Assembly: GCA_905479015.1 (NCBI GenBank)
Contig: CAJQKV010000009.1
Span: 7,187-71,186, forward strand
Direction: 5' to 3'
DNA length: 64,000 bases
Source of the DNA: an uncultured Cyclobacteriaceae bacterium
Lineage (GTDB): Bacteria; Bacteroidota; Bacteroidia; Cytophagales; Cyclobacteriaceae
A model generated the notes under the pieces. That model had not been told where the DNA came from and made no database searches. It was given only the letters and a program-made list of their open reading frames with translations. Positions 9,568-19,728 of this stretch are shown here, one piece after another (the first letter of the stretch is position 1; every line of letters begins with the position of its first letter). The translations under genes were made by a program, and so were the position numbers.

Positions 9568-12500
9568 TTAAATCCTCACTACGCTTATGGGGTCTAGGTA
9601 TATCAAATAGCCCTTTAACTCTTTGAATCCCATTCGAGATAAAATCTGAATATATTCTTTAACCTGATTTTGATCCTTTGCGCGAGGCTGACCTGTTTTG
9701 AAGTCAATGACATGCCAGTAGCCCCCCTTATTCACCAATCTATCAATTCTTCTGACCTCTCCTCCTGGCAATAACATGGGGTGCTCCAAAATAACTTCAT
9801 CTGTTTGCTCAAAAAAGCCTACTACTTCTTTGTGATAGAGGATCAATTCTAAAAGCCTTCTTAACTCTAAATCGTCAATCCTTAATTCATCGCCCACTTG
9901 ATGGATTTGACTGAAGGCATCATGAATGTCAATCCCCCTTTGTTGGGCATCTAAAGATGTTTCTTTGATCATTGAGACTCCCCTTGTTTGCAAAAGCGCC
10001 TTCTCACGCCAAGAGGAACTGGGATATTCGGTTAAGCTAAACTCAACCTGTGTTTTGGCTTTTTTTATCCCATCGGGCAGTGCTCCAAAATTGAACGTTT
10101 GAGGGTTTTCATCTCCACCAGGAAAGGTCATCAAAATATTTTTCACAAAGGAACCCATGTCCTTCAAATCATTTTTCACTTTTTGTTCAGCAAACACATA
10201 AAGTGCATGCGTAGGCCGTGTTAAGGCGACATAAAGGACATTCATATTATCAATAAAGCCATTGATGTGTTCCGCTGCATATACATCAGACCAATAGGTT
10301 TTAAGTAAATTTCTTGAATGTTTGATAGGTATGATGGGCATCTGGACCACGTCATTTAACGGGGCGCCATCCACCCAAATAATTTCCTCTTTCCCCTTTT
10401 TTTCAAAAGGCCAATTCAAAAAAGGAAGTATGACCACAGGATATTCTAATCCTTTGGCTTTGTGGATCGTAAGTATCTTAATCGCATCATTTTCATCCGT
10501 TATTTTTATGGCTCTGTTTTGTCCTTCCTCTTCCCACCAAATCAAAAAAGACGGTAAATCTCCCTTCGCATTTTTGGTGAAATCTAAAACCGCATCTTGG
10601 AGCCCTTGGAGATACGTATATTGCTCAGAACGATCATTCAGTGCTAATAACTCAATAAAGGATTCAATCAGCTCATACAAGCCCAAAGTTTTAAATTGGG
10701 GTAAATGCAGCAAGAACTCAGCAGGCATATGGGCTTGCCATTGATCAACCTGATCAAATGCTTCCTGCTTCGGTCTTTCATTTTTAATGGACCAATAACT
10801 AGTGAACCATTCCCAAAGCGCTATTTTATCTTGATTTTGATGTACCCATCTCATCAGACTAATGATTAAGTTCACCACCTCACTACTGGATAAATATAAG
10901 GCCTCTGAACTGACTACATCATAGTTTAAGCCCTTTATCGATGCTTCAGAGCTACTGTACTCCATAAATCCATCTGCAATCACTTTCCCCTCCTTTTTGG
11001 TTCTCACTAAAATGGCAATATCTCTGAGATGATAGCCCTTATGCTGAAGTTCTTCAACAACTTCAATCGTTTTTTTCAAGGCTACTTCACTCCATGTGTT
11101 TTCATCGTCGGCTTCGAGATAAGTTATATTGATGTATGATTCATCGTCGGTAAGCATGACTTTTTGAGCAACTCCGTCATACGCGTTAAGTGCATTTTCG
11201 ATGGATGCTTCATGGGTCGGGGGCAAATCCGAAAAATAGCGCCTGGCCACGACTGGCATGGTGGTGAATAATTTATTATTAAACTCGACGATATTTTTCC
11301 CGCTTCTCCAATTAGCATCTAGCTGATAGTCTTGGGAAGCCTCGATGCCAATGTCCTGCTTGACCTGATCTTTCAATAATCGCCAGTTACCTCCTCTCCA
11401 TCGGTAAATAGATTGTTTAATATCCCCAACAACCATGCTAAAATAACCTTGATCTGTTCCGTTCTTAACCAAAGGTTTAAAATTATCCCACTGAAATCCA
11501 GAAGTATCTTGAAATTCATCGATGAGGTAATGCGCATATCTCTCACCTACTTTTTCATAGATATAAGGCGTATCACTGTCATTAATGATTTTATTCAGAA
11601 AATCAGGCAAATCAGCGATCAATACCATATCATTTTCTTCTCGAAATTTGACCAATTCTTTATTGATCTTTGACAAAATACCAAAGGTATATAAATACCT
11701 CCGGGCCTCTAGCGTTGAAAAATATAGTAATTCATTGGATACCATATACTCAACCAATTCGTCATAAACAGGCCATAATTTTCCCTCTAAAAAAGAAATC
11801 AAATCTCCCGATGTTCGATGCTCTATTGTCAACCACGCTTCCAAATTTCCCATGGCCGCCTTACGTGGAGCACTTACTTCAAATTCTTGATTTGCTATTT
11901 TATAGAACAAGCCTGCAGGCCCTCCTCTTTTGCCCTTGAAATAAGACAATCCTCCTATTTCATCTAGATGCTTAATCCCTAAATCAGCTAACCTCTGACA
12001 ATTAACACGGTACGCATTTGAGGAATTAAAAAGGGCTTTTTTTACCTGAGGAAAGTACTTCGGATCGTCACTTAATTTTAAAATGACTTCCGAATGTCTC
12101 TTAAAGTTATCCGTCAGAATTTGCCCCCCCAATTTTTCAACATCTGCCCTAAAATCCCAGCGATTACCCTCCTCTACTTTGCTTTCCGCAAATTCAATCA
12201 GCCATTTTTTGAGCTCTTTTTGTTCGGGATTTCCTATGTCACCCAGCAATTGATCCACTACTTTTTTGATGACTTGTCCCTGATTCAAATCAACATTAAA
12301 TGAGCCTTGCAAGCTCATCTCTTGTGCAAAAGATCTGATTACCTGATAAAAAAAACTATCAATGGTGACAATGGAAAATCTTCCATACTGATGTAATATG
12401 CTTGATAAAACTTCTTCCGCACGTTTTTTAAGATCTGATGCTGAAAGGTGTAAGGCTGCCATCAAATCGAACTTCATTGCATGATCTTTGCCATGACTCA

Positions 12501-12690
12501 GCGTCTCCAATACCTTCACAATTCGTGACTTCATCTCACTCGTCGCCTTATTGGTGAAGGTCACTCCTAAGATGTCTTTGAAGGCCATTTTATCCCTCAA
12601 GGCCAATTTGAGATACTCCAACGTCAACTGATGTGTTTTACCTGATCCTGCGGAAGATTTATAAATTTGAAAAGGCCTTGCTGTAGACAT
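9568..12690 (-). CDS. UvrD/Rep-family helicase fused to a C-terminal RecB-type PD-(D/E)XK nuclease (AddA/RecB-like)
   Basis: 1040 aa. Walker A 'SAGSGKT' near the N-terminus and helicase motif II 'LIDEFQDTS'. The C-terminal nuclease-like 'IDRL...VIDFKTG...QVKEY' fits the D...(D/E)xK...QxxxY pattern. Confidence 0.85.
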   Translation of the reverse strand: MSTARPFQIYKSSAGSGKTHQLTLEYLKLALRDKMAFKDILGVTFTNKATSEMKSRIVKVLETLSHGKDHAMKFDLMAALHLSASDLKKRAEEVLSSILHQYGRFSIVTIDSFFYQVIRSFAQEMSLQGSFNVDLNQGQVIKKVVDQLLGDIGNPEQKELKKWLIEFAESKVEEGNRWDFRADVEKLGGQILTDNFKRHSEVILKLSDDPKYFPQVKKALFNSSNAYRVNCQRLADLGIKHLDEIGGLSYFKGKRGGPAGLFYKIANQEFEVSAPRKAAMGNLEAWLTIEHRTSGDLISFLEGKLWPVYDELVEYMVSNELLYFSTLEARRYLYTFGILSKINKELVKFREENDMVLIADLPDFLNKIINDSDTPYIYEKVGERYAHYLIDEFQDTSGFQWDNFKPLVKNGTDQGYFSMVVGDIKQSIYRWRGGNWRLLKDQVKQDIGIEASQDYQLDANWRSGKNIVEFNNKLFTTMPVVARRYFSDLPPTHEASIENALNAYDGVAQKVMLTDDESYINITYLEADDENTWSEVALKKTIEVVEELQHKGYHLRDIAILVRTKKEGKVIADGFMEYSSSEASIKGLNYDVVSSEALYLSSSEVVNLIISLMRWVHQNQDKIALWEWFTSYWSIKNERPKQEAFDQVDQWQAHMPAEFLLHLPQFKTLGLYELIESFIELLALNDRSEQYTYLQGLQDAVLDFTKNAKGDLPSFLIWWEEEGQNRAIKITDENDAIKILTIHKAKGLEYPVVILPFLNWPFEKKGKEEIIWVDGAPLNDVVQMPIIPIKHSRNLLKTYWSDVYAAEHINGFIDNMNVLYVALTRPTHALYVFAEQKVKNDLKDMGSFVKNILMTFPGGDENPQTFNFGALPDGIKKAKTQVEFSLTEYPSSSWREKALLQTRGVSMIKETSLDAQQRGIDIHDAFSQIHQVGDELRIDDLELRRLLELILYHKEVVGFFEQTDEVILEHPMLLPGGEVRRIDRLVNKGGYWHVIDFKTGQPRAKDQNQVKEYIQILSRMGFKELKGYLIYLDPISVVRI

Positions 12691-12737
12691 GGCTTAAAAT
12701 TAGACAACCCTGTGCATTAATTCGAATATCAGATCAT

Positions 12738-14030
12738 TCATTCAAAAAAAGCATAGGCTTTTTTAAAAGATTCCTTAATTAAGTCATTTCCTAGATTCCC
12801 TATACTTCCGATATGTGTGTGATCGATCTTTCGATTGAAATGTAAATCACCTTGCTTAATCGACGCGGACACGGCATGATAAGCATCTCTAAAGGGCACT
12901 CCAGCCGTCACCCTTCTGTTCACCTCTTCAACACTGAAGATTAAATCATATTTAGGATCATTGATCAGCTCTGCCTCGATAGATAATTGAGTCGTCATGG
13001 CCGTAGTAATTTTAAGGCAGTCTTTCAATGAGAATAAAGCAGGCATAAATCGCTCTTTCAAAACTTGCAAATCTCGATGATAGCCTGATGGGAGATTTAA
13101 GAGCATCATATTAAGCTCATAGGGAAGTGCCTGTAACAAGTTACACTTGGCACGGACCAACTCAAAGCCATCTGGATTGGACTTGTGCGGCATAATACTG
13201 GATCCCGTAGTATACTTTTTATCTACTTTTAAAAAATTAAAATTTTGCCCAGAATACAGACAAACATCCATGGCGAATTTTGACAAAGTAGCGGCAATAC
13301 TATTGACCGAAAACCCTACACTTTTTTCCATTTTCCCTCGCGTCATTTGGGCATATATTGCATTCACATTGATCCCTCCAAAACCCATTTCCTCGGTAGT
13401 AGATAATCGATTTAATGGGAAAGAGGAGCCATAGCCTGCTGCAGATCCCAAGGGGTTTTTATCCACCAATTGATAACTTGACTTGAGCTGCAATAGATCA
13501 TCAAGAAGGCTTTCAGCATAGGCCGCAAACCACAGGCCAAATGAAGAAGGCATCGCGATCTGCATGTGCGTATAACCTGGCATCAAAACCTTCTTATAAC
13601 GCTCGCTCATAGCCATAAAAAGTTCAAAAAGATCTTTAATCAAGGTGGCTATTTCTTCAAGTTCTGATTTAGCAAAAAGTTTCAGCGCAGTAAGAACTTG
13701 ATCATTTCGTGATCTCCCACTGTGTATTTTTTTTCCTATCTCCCCTAACTCTTCGGTGAGTAATATTTCAATTTGAGAATGGCAATCCTCCACACCTTCA
13801 CTGATTTCAAAAGTACCTGAATCAATCATTTGATCAATTCTATCAAGACCTAAGCCAATAGCAATGACCTCCTCTGATTTTAAGAGCCCTATTTGTCCGA
13901 GCATCTTTACATGCGCCCTAGAGCCGATGACATCGTACTTGGCTAAATAAACATCCAACTCAGGATCTTTGCCTACGGTAAAACGTTCAAAAATTTTATC
14001 AATAGATTCCTCTTTTTGCCACAATTTCAT
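12738..14030 (-). CDS. argH: Argininosuccinate lyase
   Basis: 430 aa. Fumarate-lyase signature 'GSSIMPHKSNP'. Last gene of the arg operon. Confidence 0.93.
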   Translation of the reverse strand: MKLWQKEESIDKIFERFTVGKDPELDVYLAKYDVIGSRAHVKMLGQIGLLKSEEVIAIGLGLDRIDQMIDSGTFEISEGVEDCHSQIEILLTEELGEIGKKIHSGRSRNDQVLTALKLFAKSELEEIATLIKDLFELFMAMSERYKKVLMPGYTHMQIAMPSSFGLWFAAYAESLLDDLLQLKSSYQLVDKNPLGSAAGYGSSFPLNRLSTTEEMGFGGINVNAIYAQMTRGKMEKSVGFSVNSIAATLSKFAMDVCLYSGQNFNFLKVDKKYTTGSSIMPHKSNPDGFELVRAKCNLLQALPYELNMMLLNLPSGYHRDLQVLKERFMPALFSLKDCLKITTAMTTQLSIEAELINDPKYDLIFSVEEVNRRVTAGVPFRDAYHAVSASIKQGDLHFNRKIDHTHIGSIGNLGNDLIKESFKKAYAFFE

Positions 14031-15124
14031 TTTGGTGTGATTTTGGAAAGTGTTGTGATTAAGTCAATATAGCCTTTGATGCCCTGCTTTATTTCATCTA
14101 AGTAAATAAATTCATCAGCAGAATGAGATCTTTCAGACAGGCCTGGCCCCATTTTAGCACTCGGAAAAGGCATCAAACATTGATCTGAAAGGGTAGGTGA
14201 CCCAAATTGATCAGTGCCCAGTCTCGTTGCCGCCTGGATCAGAATATGGTCATGTGACAAGCCCGAAGGATTTAAATGGGTGGATCTGGGCCGTACCAAG
14301 CTTGAAATTTTCTGATTAATCAGACCAAGAATTTCAGAATGGGTGTAGGCATCTGTTGTTCTCACATCTACCACAAAATGACAGGTATCGGGTATTAAAT
14401 TATGCTGATAACCGGCCTCAATCATGGTAACCGCCATCTTGACCGGACCTAGTGTGGATGATTTCCTATCAAAAACATGATTTTTAAACCATGCTACATC
14501 CTGCATTGCTTTATAAATAGCATTCTCTCCTATATCACGCGCAGCATGCCCTGCTACCCCTTTTGCGTATACATCCAAAACCATCAACCCTTTTTCAGCA
14601 ATGGCCATTTTCATTTCCGTAGGTTCCCCTACAAGGGCATAATCAATTGGTCCCAAATCTGCTAAAATGGACCTCAACCCATTTTCTCCCGATATTTCTT
14701 CTTCTGCCGTCGCTGCAAAAACCAGATTGATGGGCAAATCAATCTCATAAAAATGGATAAAAGTATGTAACAAAGCGACCAAGGACGCGCCCGCATCATT
14801 GCTTCCCAAACCCGACAGCTTCCCCTCCTTAACCAGAGGATCAAAGGGGTTCAAAGTATAACCCTCATTAGGTTTAACGGTATCGTGATGGGAATTAAGG
14901 AGTAAAGTGGGTTTATCCGCGTGAAAATATTTATTTCGCATCCATAAATTGTGATGCTTTCGCTCAAAAGATATACCCTGAGCCTCCAACTTATCAGACA
15001 AAAGATCACCGGTCTGCGCCTCTTCTTTACTTAAGCTAGGCGTGCGGATCAATGCCTTAAGTAAGGCCAGCGCAGATTGATAATAATCCTCCAATTGTAC
15101 GTTAGATAATGGAAGTATATTCAT
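14027..15124 (-). CDS. argE: M20-family acyl-ornithine deacylase (ArgE-like)
   Basis: 365 aa. M20 metal-ligand regions 'NSHHDTVKP' and 'ATAEEEISG'. 4-nt overlap with argH and 23-nt overlap with argB. Confidence 0.8.
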   Translation of the reverse strand: MNILPLSNVQLEDYYQSALALLKALIRTPSLSKEEAQTGDLLSDKLEAQGISFERKHHNLWMRNKYFHADKPTLLLNSHHDTVKPNEGYTLNPFDPLVKEGKLSGLGSNDAGASLVALLHTFIHFYEIDLPINLVFAATAEEEISGENGLRSILADLGPIDYALVGEPTEMKMAIAEKGLMVLDVYAKGVAGHAARDIGENAIYKAMQDVAWFKNHVFDRKSSTLGPVKMAVTMIEAGYQHNLIPDTCHFVVDVRTTDAYTHSEILGLINQKISSLVRPRSTHLNPSGLSHDHILIQAATRLGTDQFGSPTLSDQCLMPFPSAKMGPGLSERSHSADEFIYLDEIKQGIKGYIDLITTLSKITPK

Positions 15125-15887
15125 GTCCTTGGGTTAATGAGTTGACTTTATCAAATCTAATAATACATACTTGCCTTACACCTTGTGCAAGGGCTTGAAA
15201 GGCATTATCCAGTTTAGGAATCATTCCCTGACTGACCAAGCCTTTTGACTTTAATTCAGTATAGTAGGCATGGTCTATTCGGTGAATCAAAGAATCTGGC
15301 TTTTGGACATCTTTCATGACGCCCGGAAGCTCAAATGCATATATCAAATGCACCTCATACTTTTTAGCCATTGCCGTGGCCACTACATTGGCAATGGTAT
15401 CTGCATTGGTATTCAATAAATTCCCTTGGCCCTCATGCGTGATGGGTGCCAAAACAGGTACCAGTCCCAAATCTATAAACGATGAGATGCGTGCCGTATT
15501 GACAAACAGGGGATCTCCAACCCAGCCATAATCAATACCCCCCTGTAAGGATCTTTTTTCTGAAAGAATGAGATTGGCATCTACACCACTCAAACCCAAG
15601 GCGTCACAATTTTCTGACTGAAGTGCAGCTACTATTTTTTTGTTAAGCAGGCCAGCATAGACCATAGTTACCACATCGATCATTTGATCATCTGTCACAC
15701 GCCTTCCTTCAATCATTTGGATATTTAATGAGAGTTTTTTTCCCCATTGCGTGGCTTTCGCTCCTCCTCCGTGAATAAGTATTTTAAGGCCTTCAAGGGC
15801 TTTGAATGACATTAAAAATTGCTTCAATTTTATGGAATCATTGATGACATTGCCCCCTATTTTAACGATATGGAGTTTTTTTTTCAT
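15102..15887 (-). CDS. argB: Acetylglutamate kinase (acyl-glutamate kinase)
   Basis: 261 aa. Amino-acid-kinase motifs 'IVKIGGNV' and 'ILIHGGG'. Operon context. Confidence 0.9.
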   Translation of the reverse strand: MKKKLHIVKIGGNVINDSIKLKQFLMSFKALEGLKILIHGGGAKATQWGKKLSLNIQMIEGRRVTDDQMIDVVTMVYAGLLNKKIVAALQSENCDALGLSGVDANLILSEKRSLQGGIDYGWVGDPLFVNTARISSFIDLGLVPVLAPITHEGQGNLLNTNADTIANVVATAMAKKYEVHLIYAFELPGVMKDVQKPDSLIHRIDHAYYTELKSKGLVSQGMIPKLDNAFQALAQGVRQVCIIRFDKVNSLTQGHEYTSII

Positions 15888-16834
15888 GATCTTGTTAGTA
15901 ATTTTTTCAACACTAATTGAGCCGCAAATATCCGATTATAGGCTTGATCTTGGATTATCGAATGCTTACTGTCCATGGCATTATCTGCGATCACTACATT
16001 TCTACGAACAGGCAAACAATGCATTAATTTAGCTTGATGGGTGCGTTGTAATTTCTCTAAAGTCACCATCCATCCTTGCTGATTTTTTAAGGGTTCCCCA
16101 TAATCATGATAGGAAGACCAGTTTTTTACATAGATAAAGTCTGCTTCTTTAAGGGCTTCATCTTGATCATAACTCAACGTTGCATTTTTGGTGAATTTAG
16201 CATCTAATTCCATGCCCTCAGGATGCGCAATATGAAAGTCCGCATCGTAATGCTGCATCCACTGGGAAAAAGAATTGGGCACCGCCTGTGGTAGCGCTTT
16301 GACATGTGGCGCCCAAGTCATCACAACCTTAGGTCGCTTCTTTTTCTTATGCTGTTCTATGGTCATCAAATCTGCAAAAGACTGTAAGGGATGTAAGGCG
16401 GCAGATTCGAGATTGATGATCGGGACACCCGCATATTCTTGAAAGCCTAAAAGATATTTTTCTGAATAATCTTCCTTTCTATCTAATAGTGTTGGAAAAG
16501 CTCGAACACCCAAAATATCACAATACCCTCCCATGACTGCGGCCGCCTCAGTGATGTGCTCGGCAGGATCTCCATCCATGACTACACCTTGGGCAGTTTC
16601 TAGTTGCCATCCCTCCTTATTTACGTTGAAAGTGATCGTTTCCATACCCAAGTTTTGAGCGGCCTTAATGGTGCTTAACCGGGTACGCAAGCTGGCATTG
16701 AAAAAAATAAGCCCTAGCGTTTTATTAGTTCCCAGCAATTTATCGTTATATGGTGTTTCTTTAAGTATTAAGGCTTCACGAATCCACCCCGCGGGGTCTG
16801 GACAATCCTCAGCCGAACAAAAATGATTAGGCAT
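15884..16834 (-). CDS. argF': N-acyl-L-ornithine transcarbamylase (AOTCase/SOTCase type, ArgF')
   Basis: 316 aa. The carbamoyl-phosphate motif is 'SLRTR' rather than the OTCase 'STRTR', and 'HCLPVRRN' is present. The length and N-terminus resemble the Bacteroides/Xanthomonas acyl-ornithine enzymes. Confidence 0.8.
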   Translation of the reverse strand: MPNHFCSAEDCPDPAGWIREALILKETPYNDKLLGTNKTLGLIFFNASLRTRLSTIKAAQNLGMETITFNVNKEGWQLETAQGVVMDGDPAEHITEAAAVMGGYCDILGVRAFPTLLDRKEDYSEKYLLGFQEYAGVPIINLESAALHPLQSFADLMTIEQHKKKKRPKVVMTWAPHVKALPQAVPNSFSQWMQHYDADFHIAHPEGMELDAKFTKNATLSYDQDEALKEADFIYVKNWSSYHDYGEPLKNQQGWMVTLEKLQRTHQAKLMHCLPVRRNVVIADNAMDSKHSIIQDQAYNRIFAAQLVLKKLLTRS

Positions 16835-17954
16835 ACCCTACTTTTTTAAATGCTTCTAAAAAAACAACTAATTCTTCCTGACTCACCCCAAGGGGGGGTA
16901 AAAGCCTCACTGTATTTGATTGCGCAGCTGATCCTACAAAAACATGTTGCTCTTTCAATAAACTATGTCTGAAAGGTTTAGAATCTCCTGTCAAATCCAG
17001 TCCTATCATCAATCCTCTACCTCTTATTTGAACCAAGTTTTCTAATGATCCCAATGCTTTCCAAAGCAAGTCCCCCATAAAATTCGCATGATTAATTAAT
17101 TCCTCCGATTCGATGACCTCTAGAACAGCCAGGCCGGCGGCACAGGCCAAATGATTGCCTCCAAAAGTAGTTCCGAGCATCCCAGACCATGCCTTGATAT
17201 CTGGGTGAATCAGGACACCCCCTATCGGAAATCCATTTCCCATACCTTTGGCTATGGTAATCAGATCTGGCTGAACTTGAGCATATTGATGGGCAAAGAA
17301 TTTGCCTGTACGACCATAACCACTTTGGATTTCATCTACGATCAGTAAGGACCCATTTTGCTTACATAACAACTTCAACTCCTTTAAAAAAGCATCATCG
17401 GGCACTTGTATGCCCCCTACTCCCTGAATCCCCTCAATCAGTACTGCTGCTACCGATGCATCCAGACACTGAGCTACCGCTTCCAAATCATTTAATTTGA
17501 CTCTGATAAAGCGGTCATTTTGATTGATGGGTGCTATCAATTTGGTGGTGTCAGTTGCGGTTACGGCTAACGAGGTTCTTCCATGAAACGCATTTTCAAA
17601 TACAATTATTTTGGATCGCTTGGTATGAAATGAAGCAACCTTCAAGGCATTTTCTATAGCCTCAGCTCCAGAATTACATAAAAACAACTCATAATCCGTA
17701 TATCCAGACATTTCCCCTAATTTTTGACTTAATTCATCTTGAATAGGCATTTGAACTGAATTAGAATAAAATCCAAGCTGCCGCAATTGATGCTGAACAC
17801 GATCAATATAATGAGGATGGCCGTGCCCAATGGATATAACGGCATGTCCTCCATAAAAATCTAAATATTTCTGACCTTCTTGGTCCCAGATCCAGGAACC
17901 CAGTCCGCGCACCGGATCAATATCATAGCGTGGATAAACATCAAACATCTTCAT
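16827..17954 (-). CDS. argD: Acyl-ornithine aminotransferase (class III PLP aminotransferase)
   Basis: 375 aa. Contains 'DEIQSGYGRTG' and PLP-lysine region 'ITIAKGMGNGFPIG'. Confidence 0.9.
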   Translation of the reverse strand: MKMFDVYPRYDIDPVRGLGSWIWDQEGQKYLDFYGGHAVISIGHGHPHYIDRVQHQLRQLGFYSNSVQMPIQDELSQKLGEMSGYTDYELFLCNSGAEAIENALKVASFHTKRSKIIVFENAFHGRTSLAVTATDTTKLIAPINQNDRFIRVKLNDLEAVAQCLDASVAAVLIEGIQGVGGIQVPDDAFLKELKLLCKQNGSLLIVDEIQSGYGRTGKFFAHQYAQVQPDLITIAKGMGNGFPIGGVLIHPDIKAWSGMLGTTFGGNHLACAAGLAVLEVIESEELINHANFMGDLLWKALGSLENLVQIRGRGLMIGLDLTGDSKPFRHSLLKEQHVFVGSAAQSNTVRLLPPLGVSQEELVVFLEAFKKVGYA

Positions 17955-18754
17955 GATTTCATTTGATTTATTTTATTGAATGAGGTCATCACTCCTTTAA
18001 TTAAAGAAGAACTGAATCCTTGATGCTCCATCTCATTCAACCCTTCTATCGTACACCCTTGCGGAGTAGTTACCTTATCTATTTCAACTTCTGGATGACT
18101 GTTATGCACTAGGATTAAAGAGGCGGCCCCCTTGGCGGTTTGAACCGCTATTTTTTGAGCTTCCTCGGTATCAAAACCCATTTGTACGCCGGCCTGCGTC
18201 GCGGCACGTAAATACCTCATAAAAAAAGCAATTCCACTGGCCCCCAATACGGTCGCGGCTTGCATCAGGCGTTCTTCGATCAATAAGGTCAACCCTAAAG
18301 TTTGAAAGAGCGGCTCGACCTTCTCCAATGCCGTATCCGCTCCTTGCGTAGCCAAACAAGTCATAGATTGACCAATCGCTACCGCCGTATTTGGCATGGC
18401 ACGAACGAGCTGAACTACACCTGAAATCTTTTCTCTCAAGAGATCTAAAGAAACACCAGTAATCACTGATACCAGAATATGATCCTTGCGCAAAATAGGT
18501 TTAATTACTTCAATCAATGCGTCAATTTGTTTGGGCTGAACACATAGAAAAATAATTTCAGATTGTTCAACTGCCTTCTTGCTATCACTAGAAACCCTGT
18601 ATCCTAAGTCTCGATACTTATCGAGAAGGCCGGTATGTCTTCTGGTTAAAAAAATATCTGATGGCGATTTCAGTTTCTTTTCAACAATCCCGGTAGCGAT
18701 GGAAATACCTAAATTACCTGCTCCAAGTATGGCTATTTTGTTTACTGTTGTCAT
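17951..18754 (-). CDS. proC: Pyrroline-5-carboxylate reductase
   Basis: 267 aa. Rossmann 'IAILGAGNLG' and a P5CR-type C-terminal dimerisation region ('VTTPQGCTIEGL'). Embedded in the arg operon. Confidence 0.88.
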   Translation of the reverse strand: MTTVNKIAILGAGNLGISIATGIVEKKLKSPSDIFLTRRHTGLLDKYRDLGYRVSSDSKKAVEQSEIIFLCVQPKQIDALIEVIKPILRKDHILVSVITGVSLDLLREKISGVVQLVRAMPNTAVAIGQSMTCLATQGADTALEKVEPLFQTLGLTLLIEERLMQAATVLGASGIAFFMRYLRAATQAGVQMGFDTEEAQKIAVQTAKGAASLILVHNSHPEVEIDKVTTPQGCTIEGLNEMEHQGFSSSLIKGVMTSFNKINQMKS

Positions 18755-18756
18755 AA

Positions 18757-19728
18757 TTAAAATACATTGCTTTTTAAAGCCAAACCTGTGGCTTCATCTA
18801 AATCGAAAATTAGGTTCATGTTTTGAATGGCCTGCCCTGAAGCCCCTTTCAATAAATTATCTATTACCGTGATGATGAGTACTTGATTCTCAGTTTTAGA
18901 AACATGAACCAATGCTCTATTAGTATTGGTCACCATCTTTAAATCAGGATTGTGATCGATCACATGCGTGAAAGGATGTCCTTCATAATAATCTTTATAA
19001 ATAGATTTGAGGGTAGCTTCACTTTCATCTGAATTGAAATAAGTGCTGGTGATGATGCCGCGAGTAAAGGCACCGCGATAGGGTATGAAGTTCATACGGC
19101 CAGAAAATGAAGGATTTAACTGATCGCAAGATTGGCCTATTTCCCGAAGATGTTGATGCTCAAACGCCTTGTAAACGCTGGCATTATCATTCCTCCAAGA
19201 ATAATGAGAAGTTGCAGTTTTGGCTTGACCGGCACCTGTTGATCCGGTAAGTCCTGATACATGAATATCCCCATGAACTACTGATGCGGCCATAGCAGGC
19301 AGTAAACCCAATTGGATGGCAGTCGCAAAGCAGCCTGGATTAGCGATGTAATTGGCTTTTCGTATCCATTTCCGAGACATCTCAGGTAAGCCATAGACAA
19401 ATTCATGGGACCCAGAGATTCTGAAATCTTGACTTAAATCTATGATCTTGATTGAATACAGTTCAGTATGAGCCGCCAAGTAAGTTTGAGATTGACCGTG
19501 TCCTTTGCAAAGGAAAACTACATCTAGTTCTCTAACATCTAGCTTTTCTTGAAACTCAGATTCAACATCACCAACCAAGTCAGTATGAATGGATGAGACT
19601 TTATTACCTTTTTGACTTTCGCTTTGTGCAATAATTTGGTCAACATTGGGATGATTACATAATATCCTGATCAACTCCCCTGCGGTATAACCTGCCGCAC
19701 CTACGATTCCTATATTTAATTTATGCAT
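18757..19728 (-). CDS. argC: N-acyl-gamma-glutamyl-phosphate reductase
   Basis: 323 aa. Contains 'IGIVGAAGYTAGELIRIL' and the catalytic Cys context 'NPGCFATA'. Confidence 0.92.
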   Translation of the reverse strand: MHKLNIGIVGAAGYTAGELIRILCNHPNVDQIIAQSESQKGNKVSSIHTDLVGDVESEFQEKLDVRELDVVFLCKGHGQSQTYLAAHTELYSIKIIDLSQDFRISGSHEFVYGLPEMSRKWIRKANYIANPGCFATAIQLGLLPAMAASVVHGDIHVSGLTGSTGAGQAKTATSHYSWRNDNASVYKAFEHQHLREIGQSCDQLNPSFSGRMNFIPYRGAFTRGIITSTYFNSDESEATLKSIYKDYYEGHPFTHVIDHNPDLKMVTNTNRALVHVSKTENQVLIITVIDNLLKGASGQAIQNMNLIFDLDEATGLALKSNVF

